Assembly: GCF_036365525.1 (NCBI RefSeq)
Contig: NC_090385.1
Span: 63,248,170 to 63,312,169, forward strand
DNA length: 64,000 bases
Direction of reading: 5' to 3'
Source: Heterodontus francisci
Lineage: Eukaryota
Under the pieces are notes generated by a model that worked only from the letters and a program-made list of their open reading frames with translations, had not been told where the DNA came from and made no database searches. This document shows, in pieces, positions 52,821 to 64,000 of this stretch. The position numbers were made by a program, and so were the translations under genes. How positions within the stretch are numbered: position 1 is the stretch's first letter; the number at the start of each line of letters is the position of its first letter.

Positions 52821-55703
52821 TTCAGCTGGGGAATGGGAACCTAAATTGTAGTTCCAGTGTACAGGATGTTGAGAGTAGTGAGGTCAGGGATAAGGTTACA
52901 AGGACGCAAGAGGGCACTGGCAAGCAAGAACTTGGTTTAAAGTGTGTCTACTTCAACGCCAGGAGCATCCGGAATAAGGTGGGTGAGCTTGCAGCATGGG
53001 TTGGTACCTGGGATCTCGATGTTGTGGCCATTTCGGAGACATGGGTAGAGCAGGGGCAGGAATGGATGTTGCAGGTTCCGGGATTTAGATGTTTCAGTAA
53101 GAATAGAGAAGATGGTAAAAGAGGGGGGGGGTGTGGCATTGTTAATCAAGGAGAGTATTACAGCAGCAGAAAGGACGTTTGAGGACTCTTCTACTGAGGT
53201 AGTATGGGCCGAGGTTAGAAACAGGAGAGGAGAGGTCACCCTGTTTGGAGTCTTCTATAGACCTCCGAATAGTTCGAGAGATGTAGAGGAAAGGATAGCG
53301 AAGATGATTCTCGACAGGAGCGAGAGTAACAGGGTAGTTGTTATGGGGGACTTTAACTTTCCAAATATTGACTGGAAATACGATAGTTCGAGTACTTTAG
53401 ATGGGTCAGTTTTTGTCCAGTGTGTGCAGGAGGGTTTTCTGACACAGTATGTAGACAGGCCAACCAGGGGCGATGCCACATTGGATTTGGTACTGGGTAA
53501 TGAACCCGGCCAGGTGTTAGATTTAGATGTAGGTGAGCACTTTGGTAACAGTGATCACAATTCGGTTAGGTTTACCTTAGCGATGGGCAGGGACAGGTAT
53601 ATACCGCAGGGCAAGAATTATAGCTGGGGGAAAGGAAATTATGATGCGATTAGGCAAGATTTAGGATGCGTAGGGTGGGGAAGGAAACTGCAGGGGATGG
53701 GCACAATCGAAATGTGCAGCTTATTCAAGGAGCAGCTACTGCGTGTCCTTGATAAGTATGTACCTGTGAGGCAGGGAGGAAGTTGTCGAGCGAGGGAGCC
53801 GTGGTTTACTAAAGAAGTTGAAGCGCTTGTCAAGAGGAAGAAGAAGGCTTATGTTAGGATGAGACGTGAAGGCTCAGTTAGGGCGCTTGAGAGTTACAAG
53901 CTAGCCAGGAAGGATCTAAAGGGAGAGCTAAGAAGAGCAAGGAGAGGACACGAGAAGTCATTGGCGGATAGGATCAAGGAAAACCCTAAGGCTTTCTATA
54001 GGTATATCAGGAATAAAAGAATGACTAGAGTTAGATTAGGGCCAATTAAGGATAGTAGTGGGAAGTTGAGTGTGGAATCAGAGGAGATAGGGGAAGCGTT
54101 AAATGAATATTTTTCGTCCGTATTTACAGTAGAGAAAGAAAATGTTGTCGAGGAGAATACTGAGATTCAGACTACTAGGCTAGATGGGATTGAGGTTCAC
54201 AAGGAGGAGGTGTTAGCAATTTTGGAAAGTGTGAAAATAGATAAGTCCCCTGGGCCAGATGGGATTTATCCTAGGATTCTCTGGGAAGCCAGGGAGGAGA
54301 CTGCAGAGCCTTTGTCCTTGATCTTTATGTCGGCATTGTCGACAGGAATAGTGCCGGAAGACTGGAGGATAGCAAATGTTGTCCCCTTGTTCAAGAAGGG
54401 GAGTAGAGACAGCCCTGGTAATTATAGACCTGTGAGCCTTACTTCGGTTGTGGGTAAAATGTTGGAAAAGGTTATAAGAGACAGGATTTATAATCATCTT
54501 GAAAAGAATAAGTTCATTAGCGATAGTCAGCACGGTTTTGTGAAGGGTAGGTCGTGCCTCACAAACCTTATTGAGTTTTTCGAGAAGGTGACCAAACAGG
54601 TGGATGAGGGTAAAGCAGTGGATGTGGTGTATGTGGATTTCAGTAAGGCGTTTGATAAGGTTCCCCACGGTAGGCTATTGCAGAAAATACGGAAGTATGG
54701 GGTTGAAGGTGATTTAGAGCTTTGGATCAGAAATTGGCTAGCTGAAAGAAGACAGAGGGTGGTGGTTGATGGCAAATGTTCATCCTGGAGTTTAGTTACT
54801 AGTGGTGTACCGCAAGGATCTGTTTTGGGGCCACTGCTGTTTGTCATTTTTATAAATGACCTGGAAGAGGGTGTAGAAGGGTGGGTTAGTAAATTTGCGG
54901 ATGACACGAAGGTCGGTGGAGTTGTGGATAGTGCCGAAGGATGTTGTAGGGTACAGAGGGACATAGATAGGCTGCAGAGCTGGGCTGAGAGATGGCAAAT
55001 GGAGTTTAATGCGGAAAAGTGTGAGGTGATTCACTTTGGAAGGAGTAACAGGAATGCAGAGTACTGGGCTAATGGGAAGATTCTTGGTAGTGTAGATGAA
55101 CAGAGAGATCTTGGTGTCCAGGTACATAAATCCCTGAAAGTTGCTACCCAGGTTAATAGGGCTGTTAAGAAGGCATATGGTGTGTTAGCTTTTATTAGTA
55201 GGGGGATCGAGTTTCGGAGCCACGAGGTCATGCTGCAGCTGTACAAAACTCTGGTGAGACCGCACCTGGAGTATTGCGTGCAATTCTGGACACCGCATTA
55301 TAGGAAGGATGTGGAAGCTTTGGAAAGGGTGCAGAGGAGATTTACTAGGATGTTGCCTGGTATGAAGGGAAGGTCTTACGAGGAAAGGCTGAGGGACTTG
55401 AGGTTGTTTTCGTTGGAGAGAAGGAGGAGGAGAGGTGACTTAATAGAGACATATAAGATAATCAGAGGGTTAGATAGGGTGGATAGTGAGAGTCTTTTTC
55501 CTCGGATGGTGATGGCAAACACGAGGGGACATAGCTTTAAGTTGAGGGGTGATAGATATAGGACAGATGTCAGAGGTAGTTTCTTTACTCAGAGAGTAGT
55601 AGGGGCGTGGAACGCCCTGCCTGCAACAGTAGTAGACTTGCCAACTTTAAGGGCATTTAAGTGGTCATTGGATAGACATATGGATGAAAATGGAATAGTG
55701 TAG
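52811..55703 (+). CDS. CR1 ORF2 (APE endonuclease + reverse transcriptase), one frameshift in a G run
   Basis: FNARS, ISETW, GDFN, SDH, QGSVLGP, FADD motifs; open apart from a 1-nt shift in the G run at ~53123-53131. Confidence 0.92.
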
Positions 55704-56783
55704 GTCAGATGGTTTCACAGGTCGGCGCAACATCGAGGGCCGAAGGGCCTGTACTGCGCTGTAATGTTCTAATCTTCTAATCTAATCTAGCACGGTGGTA
55801 GTGCCACACAACATGGATGGGATAGGGGTCATTCTTTACAGTAATCTGCCAATCACTGGGAGGCGTTGCCATAGTGTATGGGTGGGGGAGGGGGGGTTAT
55901 TCCCTATAAGTATAGGTATTTCTTGATTGCTAACATTTACTATTCAGGTGTTCAGTTTTAAGAATAGGCTGAAAATTTTGAAGAATACACATTGCTTAAT
56001 ACTCATATCATTGTATGGATTCTGGCCAATAGCAGTGAAGTGGTTGATACCAAATGTGGCTGTGTACAGCAGTATTCAGAAACGTCATTTCCTGCTTTTA
56101 AAAAAAAATCAAAAGACTCCTATTCCATTCCAAGTAGGGAGATTTGCTGCATTATATTCCCATTATGAGCTGATCTGCTCCAGATTGGAGGTATGAATGT
56201 TTGGTTGGAAATCATCTGCATCACATATGTCTCCAGAACTAGTGTCAGTGTTAACTAGTGGAAAACATCTGCTTGTGAGCCAATCCAAATGTTACTCGAG
56301 GTGTTTAGTTGTAAAATACACTGCCCAAATATGGTACTCAGTCATACAGATCAGGGAAATCCCAGCACCTATCGATTACAAAGTTGAGGATGGAGGTGGT
56401 GGCGCAGAAGAGGGGACAGAAAAATGGAGCCAGGGTTAATCACGGCAGTGATTTCTGTTGGAAAGTACGTATGAACAAGATCAGACATGGTGTGCTGCCT
56501 CACCACCTTCAAATAATTTAGATTCGCAACTGAAAAATGACTCCTCCAGCAAGGTGCCAAAGTGCAGCTGATCGCCATGAAACTATGTCCTAGAAATTAG
56601 TTGCTGCCTTTGGATAGGTGGGAGAAAACTGAAGTTTTTTTAATAAAAAGACCCTAACTGACAATCCATATGTAATTTTCGAGCATTATTCCCACAATGT
56701 ATGAAAAGCAACTGAAATGCACTGCAATTTCTCCTACCCTCTCCCTGCCAAAACTACATAGGGGATCACATACACCCACTCAC

Positions 56784-56924
56784 CTGAAATGAACAGCATA
56801 ACAGCAATTGTCCTGTAGCAGCGTTTGTCAGCACCCTTGCACAGTGAGACCACAGCAAAAAGGAATGCAATTAGAGTGATAGATCCTCCGGCAATCAGCA
56901 GTACTAGTGTAGCGACCTGCCAGT
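56784..56924 (-). CDS. TMEM47-like coding exon 2
   Basis: DWQVATLVLLIAGGSITLIAFLFAVVSLCKGADKRCYRTIAVMLFIS; ctacAG / GTgagt; 141 bp, phase 1-1. Confidence 0.95.
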
Positions 56925-58699
56925 CTGTAGGCAATGGAAGAAATGACAGTTAAAATAAAAGGCATAGCAGCTGCAAACAAGTTTATTTTTTAAAATCAGA
57001 AGTCAGCAATGGGAAACACTGCAGGGGGATTTTCTGCTTCAGCGCTCCCGGGATGTGCTGGGAGCATCTAAGTGGAATATCTCCTATGATTTTACCTTAT
57101 TCGTAGAACATACTGAGCACTAGAGCCATTTTTCAATTGATCTAGCTCAAATGTGGATGACTCAGAGTAATTAACTTGAAGGAGTTGAAGGAGTTACTGA
57201 AATTATTCCCCAGTCAGAAGGAGGTGATAGTATCTTAAACCCCACAAGATTACAAGTGCTCTACCTGTTCTTCCCTGGGTGTAAAAGGCACTCAGATTGG
57301 AAAATTATATAAGTATTCTTCCAACCTTTGTGATCCCATTTATCTATTTGGAGAACACATTGTAGGTTCAGTTTCCCCAGGTGGATTGGAATACCTGCTC
57401 TCAATCACTATCTCGTAACCCCTGCTGGAATAGTGAGTGAGTGAGCAATGGAAATAGAATCAGGCTCTGTTGTGACATCTCCATAGTTGAATAACTAACC
57501 TGACACTTACTGTCTAGGTTCACACCTAAAGAGCACAGATGGATAAGGTTCTATCGGACTGCCAGTAATCATAGGACCAAAACCTAGTATGGGACACCAC
57601 TGCTTTCAAGAGAAGAGAAATTGAAGGGATTTTTAAAAATGTACAGCAGTAACTGGGTCATCTTTGAGGGCATACAGACCTGAACTTAATGAAGTTAAGT
57701 TGCAGTTCAAATCCCTACTGCAAATTCAACTATTCAATATTAGGTTAAATTTTAACTGTCGGGTGGGGGAAGAGGAGAAAGCAGCAAACAGAAAAGATGG
57801 ATCATTCCATTCTTTGAAAAATTCTCCCCATTGTACATCCTTAGATCCATCTCCCTTTAGTGAACATGTGTAACAATAACCTCCTTCCTGGCTAACATCC
57901 AGCCCACATGAGTGACAAATGACATCATCCAGCAATTAACCAGCACTAATAGATTATAAATCATGCAAGCAGGAGAACCATTTCAGGATTGTCAGAGCTG
58001 GCAGTATTGAGTCATATTGTTAAGAAAGCTGTCAGTAAACATATGCTGTCATTTAGATCTGGCCTTGGACTATTCCCCTGCCTTCCTTTCTGGATAGTGA
58101 TATCTCACACTGAGTTACAATTCCAGTACCTCATTTGCATGGCCATCCTTCATCCAAATGTAAATGGTAAGTGTCAGCAGGCTATTGTAACATGGTGGGG
58201 CGGGGGGCAGGGGAGAGGGAACCTAGCCTTGGGCATCCACCTTATCTCCCGTCCCTCACCCTACCCACCCCACAGATTCCCCACCTGAGGATCAGTTAAT
58301 AAATTTATCACTTAAGTCAGATCTGTAACTAAGATCTCTCAAAGTTCTTTTGCAGAGTCAGTTCTATAACTGGATGCATCAAATGTAAATTAAGTTCTAG
58401 AGGTTTAAGATCTGTATAACTAAGGAAGCCTGAAACTGGCACGTTATGGCTGGAATTTTATACCCCCTGCAGGAGCAGGCAGGAGGCAGGGCATACCGTT
58501 CGCTGCTGCAATTTTATGAGCAAACAGCCTGTCTACCCCAGGCCAATTAAGGCCCTTAAGTGGCCAATTAACTGCCACCTTCATTGCTTTCTATTTCCCT
58601 TCTCGTATTTGATCAGGTATCCACCAAAACTTGCTTTCACAGCCACATCTCCTTCGTCAGTAACTGACTCTAGCTCCAACTTATTCCATGTGGATTCCA

Positions 58700-59370
58700 A
58701 CTAAAATTCTACCCTTCAGGTTTCAGATCTACCCACAATTACAGGTATCTCCGAGACATTCAACGTTCCTTGAACCACTGTTCTCGCCGCATCCTAAGAT
58801 CCACACACAGTGCCATGTGTCACCACATACACACTCTTGATCTCTCTCTCCAGCAGCACTGACTCACTCTATCTCAAAACTGTCCTGCTCTGCAGTTTCA
58901 TTTCATCCTTCATCTTATCCGATGCCTTAACAAAAAACTTTTTCTCTTCCTCTGTGTTGAGGATCGCAAGCTCCATCAACCCATGGGTACTAATACCCTC
59001 CAGTTCGATCTTCCCCTTCACTTTCCTCTGACCACATCCCTTCTTCTAACCTCACCTCTTGCCATATATTCATGATACCTTCCGACCTTCCCCTCTCCGA
59101 CCCTGAACGATCTGTCCTCAGCAATGGACTCAGCTTTATCCCCTTACATCCCCACCCCAATGAATTTCAAGCTTGGCATGATGTTGACCTCTTCTGTTGC
59201 CTTTCCCTCCACGCCCACCTCTTTGGCCCCACTTTTACCTGTCTCCAGTATTCCCTCTCCACCTGGACATTGGCTGTCTCAATTTCTCTGCTCCCCTCAC
59301 TCACTCTAACATATCTCCCTCTGAACTTGCTGCACTCCGTTCTCTCAGGTCCAACCCTAACATTATTACT
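58700..59370 (+). mobile_element. Degraded Penelope-like N-terminal fragment
   Basis: DLPLSDPERSVLSNGLSFIP and SNISPSELAALRSLRSNPNI resemble the PLE pre-RT region. Confidence 0.65.
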
Positions 59371-62300
59371 AACTTTTATGAGCTGCCTTGCTATCCATAG
59401 AGATGCACTAGCTTTCAATTAAAATGCCTGATTAATTCAAAATCATTAAAGAAGATGGATTAACATATTTCAGGAGTGCAACTTTCGAATTTTTTCCAGC
59501 ACATGTCCTAAGCGACGTTTGACTATGTTCTTCTCAGTGTCACCTAAAAAGTGTAGGATTAGAAGCATTTTAAAATGACATCCATAGAAAATGCCAGGGT
59601 TCATGGATACAAAGTGTGGGCTTGCAAAAAAATAAATTTACAGAATTATGAATACAAAGTTTCATAATGGTTTTGGAGTTGAGAACTAGGACAAAATTAG
59701 CACATACAGCCCAGAAACAGAAGCATTAATAGGTTTTATGGTTTTCACAGCAGCTGCTGCTTTGGAGTATGAGGAATTTGCAGCTGTTCAGACTTGAAGG
59801 GTAGGGCACCATGGAAATGGCTTGTCCCTCTTCAACCAGAAGCAGTTCATTATTATCTGGCAGGCCCATTAGGAACATAGGAACAGGAGTTGGTCATTCA
59901 ACCTCTTGAGCCTGTTCTGCCATTCAATTAGTTCATGGCTAATTTGAACCTCAACGCTATTTGCCCACCTTCTATTCCATATCCATTGGTACCCTTAACT
60001 AAAACATCTATCAATCTTAGACTTGAAAATTTCAATTGACCCAACAGCCACAGACTTTTGGAGAGCAAGTTCCAGCTTTCCACTATCCGTTACATGAAAA
60101 AGTGTTTCTGGCTAGCTTAATCATATTTATATTGTAAGGTGGAATACAGCATAAGTGAGCAATTGGGTGCTGCTGCTTTTGACAGCATTAGTGCCATTTA
60201 TGCTGAAGGGTTGCCTCTCAAGCAGTCTTGCCATCAAAAGAAACTGTAAAGGAGGCAAAAGTTTGAAGGTTGCTCCTTAAGTCACAACTTTGCACAAACT
60301 TAAGGGACATGCAGTCCAACAATGGTCTTCAAGATTTAAAAAAAAAATGGATCTGGTAAGGTCCACTTTCACACCTTAAGCTTTATTTTGTAATCAGAAC
60401 AGATATATTGCTCCCATCCATTCTTTATGATGCGTTTCTACATGGTGTTATAAGGCCCCTTCATATTTGAGCTCCATTTGGAAAAATAACTGGCCTGCGT
60501 TCCTTTGGAGGCTGGTTGTTGACTACTTGTAGAAGGACCTGCTGGCCACAAATGTCGTTCGTTACCATCAGATTTTCATATTGATGTCCTGTATGGACTT
60601 TCCCTGAGAATGGAAAGGTCCACAGCTAGAATGAAAAAGTCAATCGCAACTTCTTTAAAGTTACATTGTTGGGAACTCATGCTGATTCTCCTCTTTTCTC
60701 ATCCGGGCCAGTAAGTAATGCCACTACTATCTCCCAAAGAATATCTGAGGCACAGTAAACAGACAGAGTCAGACCAGTTGCAATATTTGACAACAGCTTT
60801 TCCTTGCATCATTTGTGTGTCATATCATTCTGTCATAGGAGCTTCCCCTCGCCAGCCTCTCCTTTAAATCAATTCAAGACAGATCCTCATATTGCCCAGT
60901 GGGGCGATACAGTGAGTAGCTGAGCCATGCAGATCAGGAAGGTCCCATACTTGATCTCAGATCTGTGTTAACAGATTTCAGCCAGCAGGTGGGACCTTGG
61001 CAAGGGAGTTCTAATTGACATCAGTGTCCCTGGGTTAAGGAGGGAGGGGTATTATAAAATATACCAGGGTTCCAAGTTCTTACTGCTATACAATGACCCC
61101 TGCTAGAAATGTGTAAACCTTGCGTAAGGACAGAATTGTGTTTGACTCCCAAGGTCCTAAGCGGAGTTATAGACAGATTTTTGATCTATAAGGGAGTTAA
61201 GGGTTATTGCAGGGGGGCAGGAAGGAAACTGGAGTTAAGGCCACAATCAGAGCAGCCATGATCTTATTGAATGGTGGAGCAGGTTCGACGGGCCGAATGG
61301 TCTACTCCTGCCCCTACTTATGATTCTTATGGCCTGCCAATATTTGATGTCAAAGCACATGCATAAATATTGGAAGTTGGATGAAGATACTAAGCAACAA
61401 CTGGAAGTGATTAAACCATATCTCACCAAAGAGAGGAACAGAACGTCAAAAAGTAGTAAGAAAAAAACAGCCACAACATATATTGGCTATTGAGTAAATG
61501 TAAAACAAAACCCAGTTATCACCAGGATAACAGTGGTGAGTGAATTTTTTGTATGCAGTTTCCTTGAACTGTGAAAAACATCCAACAATTAAATTTAGGC
61601 AGTGTCTACTGGATTTTCATAGAACGTTAGGGTGAAGTACTTAGTCATATGTTTGTCACAGGAGGTTCATGTGGAAAAAGGTTAATTGTGATGCTTTTTC
61701 AGAGTATCACACAAGTATCATGTCACATAATGTTAAAGCATATTAGCTTGAGTATAGTGGATTGCTACTAACATGCCAAATATGCCTGGTGACAGAATTT
61801 AATGAGCACTAAAAAAAGTCACTTCAAGGCAGAGTAGTTTTTAGAATCATTACCTCATACCATATTATTTCAGTTAGCTGAAAGTTGATATTAATTAGTT
61901 ACTAGCAGCTGTCAGTTCACTCTGTCTTAGAAATGCATATTTTGAACAATAATCTTGCACTCCCCTCAAACAGACAATTTTGTTTTGGGGTTTCAGCCTT
62001 TCTCCTTCAAGGGGATTATATCCAAAATTTATCAACTTTTCTTTCAAAAGAATGTTTTTAAGTCAGCTTCACGAACGTGCCACACAGTAAAACACAATGA
62101 AGTTAGCCAATGACCTTTTTTTTATGTTTCCCACTCAACTGAAAACTTTTATCCCTTAAAAGGACTTACGTTTTTGTTTCCTTCCATACCGACCTGGTTT
62201 ACCCGTTTCCATGTTTTCGAAGTTCTGTCTCTGCTCCCCTCCCCCTCCCCATTGCTGCTTGAGTTCTACCCAACAAAGAAAAAACTTCACCCTCAGTCAG

Positions 62301-62665
62301 TCAACTATCCTCCAACCTCACCTTCTGTTTGCTTCACAAAAACAAAAAAACTTCTTAAAGAGATTATTACACTTCAGCTTGAAAACTTGTCTCAAAGCAA
62401 TGAGAATAACGCACTGACGCGGAGCAATTACTGTAAGAAATGTTTGTCCCTGAAAGTTTCTGTAACAAAAACAGGATGGGGGTGAAGAAGCCAATTTCTC
62501 TAAAAACAAAACTCGTTCCAATCTTAAATCAAATACAAGTAAAAAGGCACTGTTTTCTAAATTCTAAATGCCGAGCTCAATTTTTAACGTGTAATTGTGG
62601 CAACCGTTAGACTTTTAAAAAATCCTCCTGCGATTAGTTTTATGTTTTTATATGCTAACCCTTAC

Positions 62666-62861
62666 CTGTCTGGAGAACGGACTCACAATACCATCCAGCC
62701 GTGGTTTGTTTGCAGTCATCCCAGAGAGAGAGCGAGGAGCGCTCAGCAGTGACCCAGGCTGGACTCAGCAAAGACACCACGTCCAAACTCAGAGCCACAA
62801 AGACACAGATCAGAGCGATCAACTTAAAGGGGCGAACTACCCGCACCTCATCCACAGCCAT
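62666..62861 (-). CDS. TMEM47-like (PMP22/EMP/claudin family) coding exon 1
   Basis: MAVDEVRVVRPFKLIALICVFVALSLDVVSLLSPAWVTAERSSLSLWDDCKQTTAGWYCESVLQT; W-LW-C-C signature; donor G|GTaagg. Confidence 0.93.
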
Positions 62862-63894
62862 AACCTACTCCAAGAAATGCTTCGGCAGGAAAAGATAAAC
62901 ACAGACCGTACAGTTTCTCCTACACCAGCCCAGCGAACCGCAAGAAGCTGTCTTCTGTAACTTGATTAGTTGTGCTTTCTGCCCACTGGGTCTTAATGCC
63001 TCCTGTGTGCTTTGTTGGCCAGTCAGTAAATTGAAGTGAACCCTCAGGCGGTTCCTTAAACTGCCTGTAATGTATCACTGTCAATATGGGTTTTTGGAAA
63101 GGCACGCAGTTTTTTTTTTCCAAATTACACTATTGATATGTCCCATCAGTGATCATGGACAATTCTATTCATGTGACTAACGGTATCATTGTTTTTCTAC
63201 CATTCTTTGTTTTTTCTGTTTACTGTGCAAACTTTCTGTCTCTGTTTTCTGTTTTTGTGTCTCCTACAATTTCTCATTGTCAGCTATAAATACAGTGCAA
63301 TATTGTATTTTAACGCGAAGAACACCCCAAGATACTTGACATATAGGCGTGAGACAAACAGATGCTGCACCAAGAAGGGAAGGATTTGGATGGGTGACCG
63401 AAAGTTCTGTCGAATACATCAGTTTTGAGAAAATTTCTAAAGGAGGAAAGGGAGATGGGCAGATTTAGGAAGTGAATTCTGAATAGTAAGACGCAGGCTC
63501 TGCCACTAATGATAGAGCAAGGAGAGAGGTCGGAGCAAGTGGAATACAGAAATAAGAAAGGAAAAGATTACAAAGATAGGGTGGGCCATGATGATGGAGG
63601 AATTAAAAGACAAGGATAAGGATCTTAAATCTGATGGACTGAGAGATGAGAGCCAATGTGGGTCATTGAGGACAGAGCCTGTGAACAAGCAGAGCAATAG
63701 AATTTTGAGACAATAGAGACAATAGAATTTTGTTTGATAATGCTTCAAAGAAGCACTTCGGGATGCTTTATTACATTAAAGGTGTTAAATAAATGCAATT
63801 TGTTGTTGCTGTTTGAATTGACACCGAGCCGAGCCTTTTTTTAATGAGTGCATGGGATGTGGGCATTGCTGGTAAGGCCATCATTTAATTACTC

Positions 63895-64000
63895 ATAATA
63901 AAAGCAAAATACTGCAGATGCTGGAAATCTGAAATAAAAACAAGAAATGCTGGAATCACTCAGCAGGTCTGCCAGCATCTGTGCAGAGAGAAGCAGAGTT
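63895..64000 (-). mobile_element. Penelope pLTR end, cut by window edge
   Basis: Reverse complement nearly identical to 20800-20904. Confidence 0.85.

Larger units (their letters stand above)
51407..55787 (+). mobile_element. Full-length CR1-clade LINE (HER1-like)
   Basis: 5'UTR with 170-bp tandem duplication, ORF1, ORF2, 3'UTR and (TCTAA)n tail; TSD TAGCAC at 51401-51406 and 55788-55793. Confidence 0.95.
47497..55812 (-). mobile_element. 5'-truncated copy of the same LINE family, split by three CR1 insertions
   Basis: Segments 47497-48172, 49061-50406, 51324-51406 and 55788-55812 are collinear with 25459-27955. Confidence 0.88.

Noticed and set aside
53112-55703. 863-aa ORF as a domesticated RT gene or as the true ORF2 start
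   Set aside because: The AUG is in frame only because of the G-run shift; APE motifs continue upstream in another frame and the element has TSD and tail.

Overview
Eukaryotic genomic DNA, almost certainly a cartilaginous fish (shark-type V-SINE/HE1-like and Deu-SINE-like SINEs, CR1/HER1-like LINEs). Most of the supplied ORF track is spurious or transposon-derived. Three spliced host genes were reconstructed by hand from GT-AG junctions: a catalytically intact PLA2G12A-like phospholipase (minus strand, three coding exons; last exon lies before the window), PIN4/parvulin-14 (plus, four exons, 125 aa) divergent from it, and a TMEM47-like paralog (minus, three exons, 172 aa) convergent with PIN4. 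Introns and intergenic DNA are packed with nested TEs: many CR1 LINEs (one full-length and near-intact), a second CR1/L2-group LINE family, an RTE, Penelope-like elements with hammerhead ribozyme motifs, a degraded GalEa-type Ty1/copia, three solo LTRs, SINEs, and two copies of a foldback element with 9-bp TSDs. Most interesting: (1) the full-length CR1 has an AUG-less ORF2 in the -1 frame, entered through G GGU UUA AAC slippery heptamers at the ORF1 stop (candidate -1 programmed frameshifting in a LINE); (2) a coding LINE whose 5' end is a tRNA-derived, SINE-like head; (3) a Mutator-like foldback element carrying CTCF/YY1/CRE/NRF1 motifs; (4) probable shark-retained ohnologs of PLA2G12A and TMEM47. 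Repeat-family names are from recollection, not database searches.
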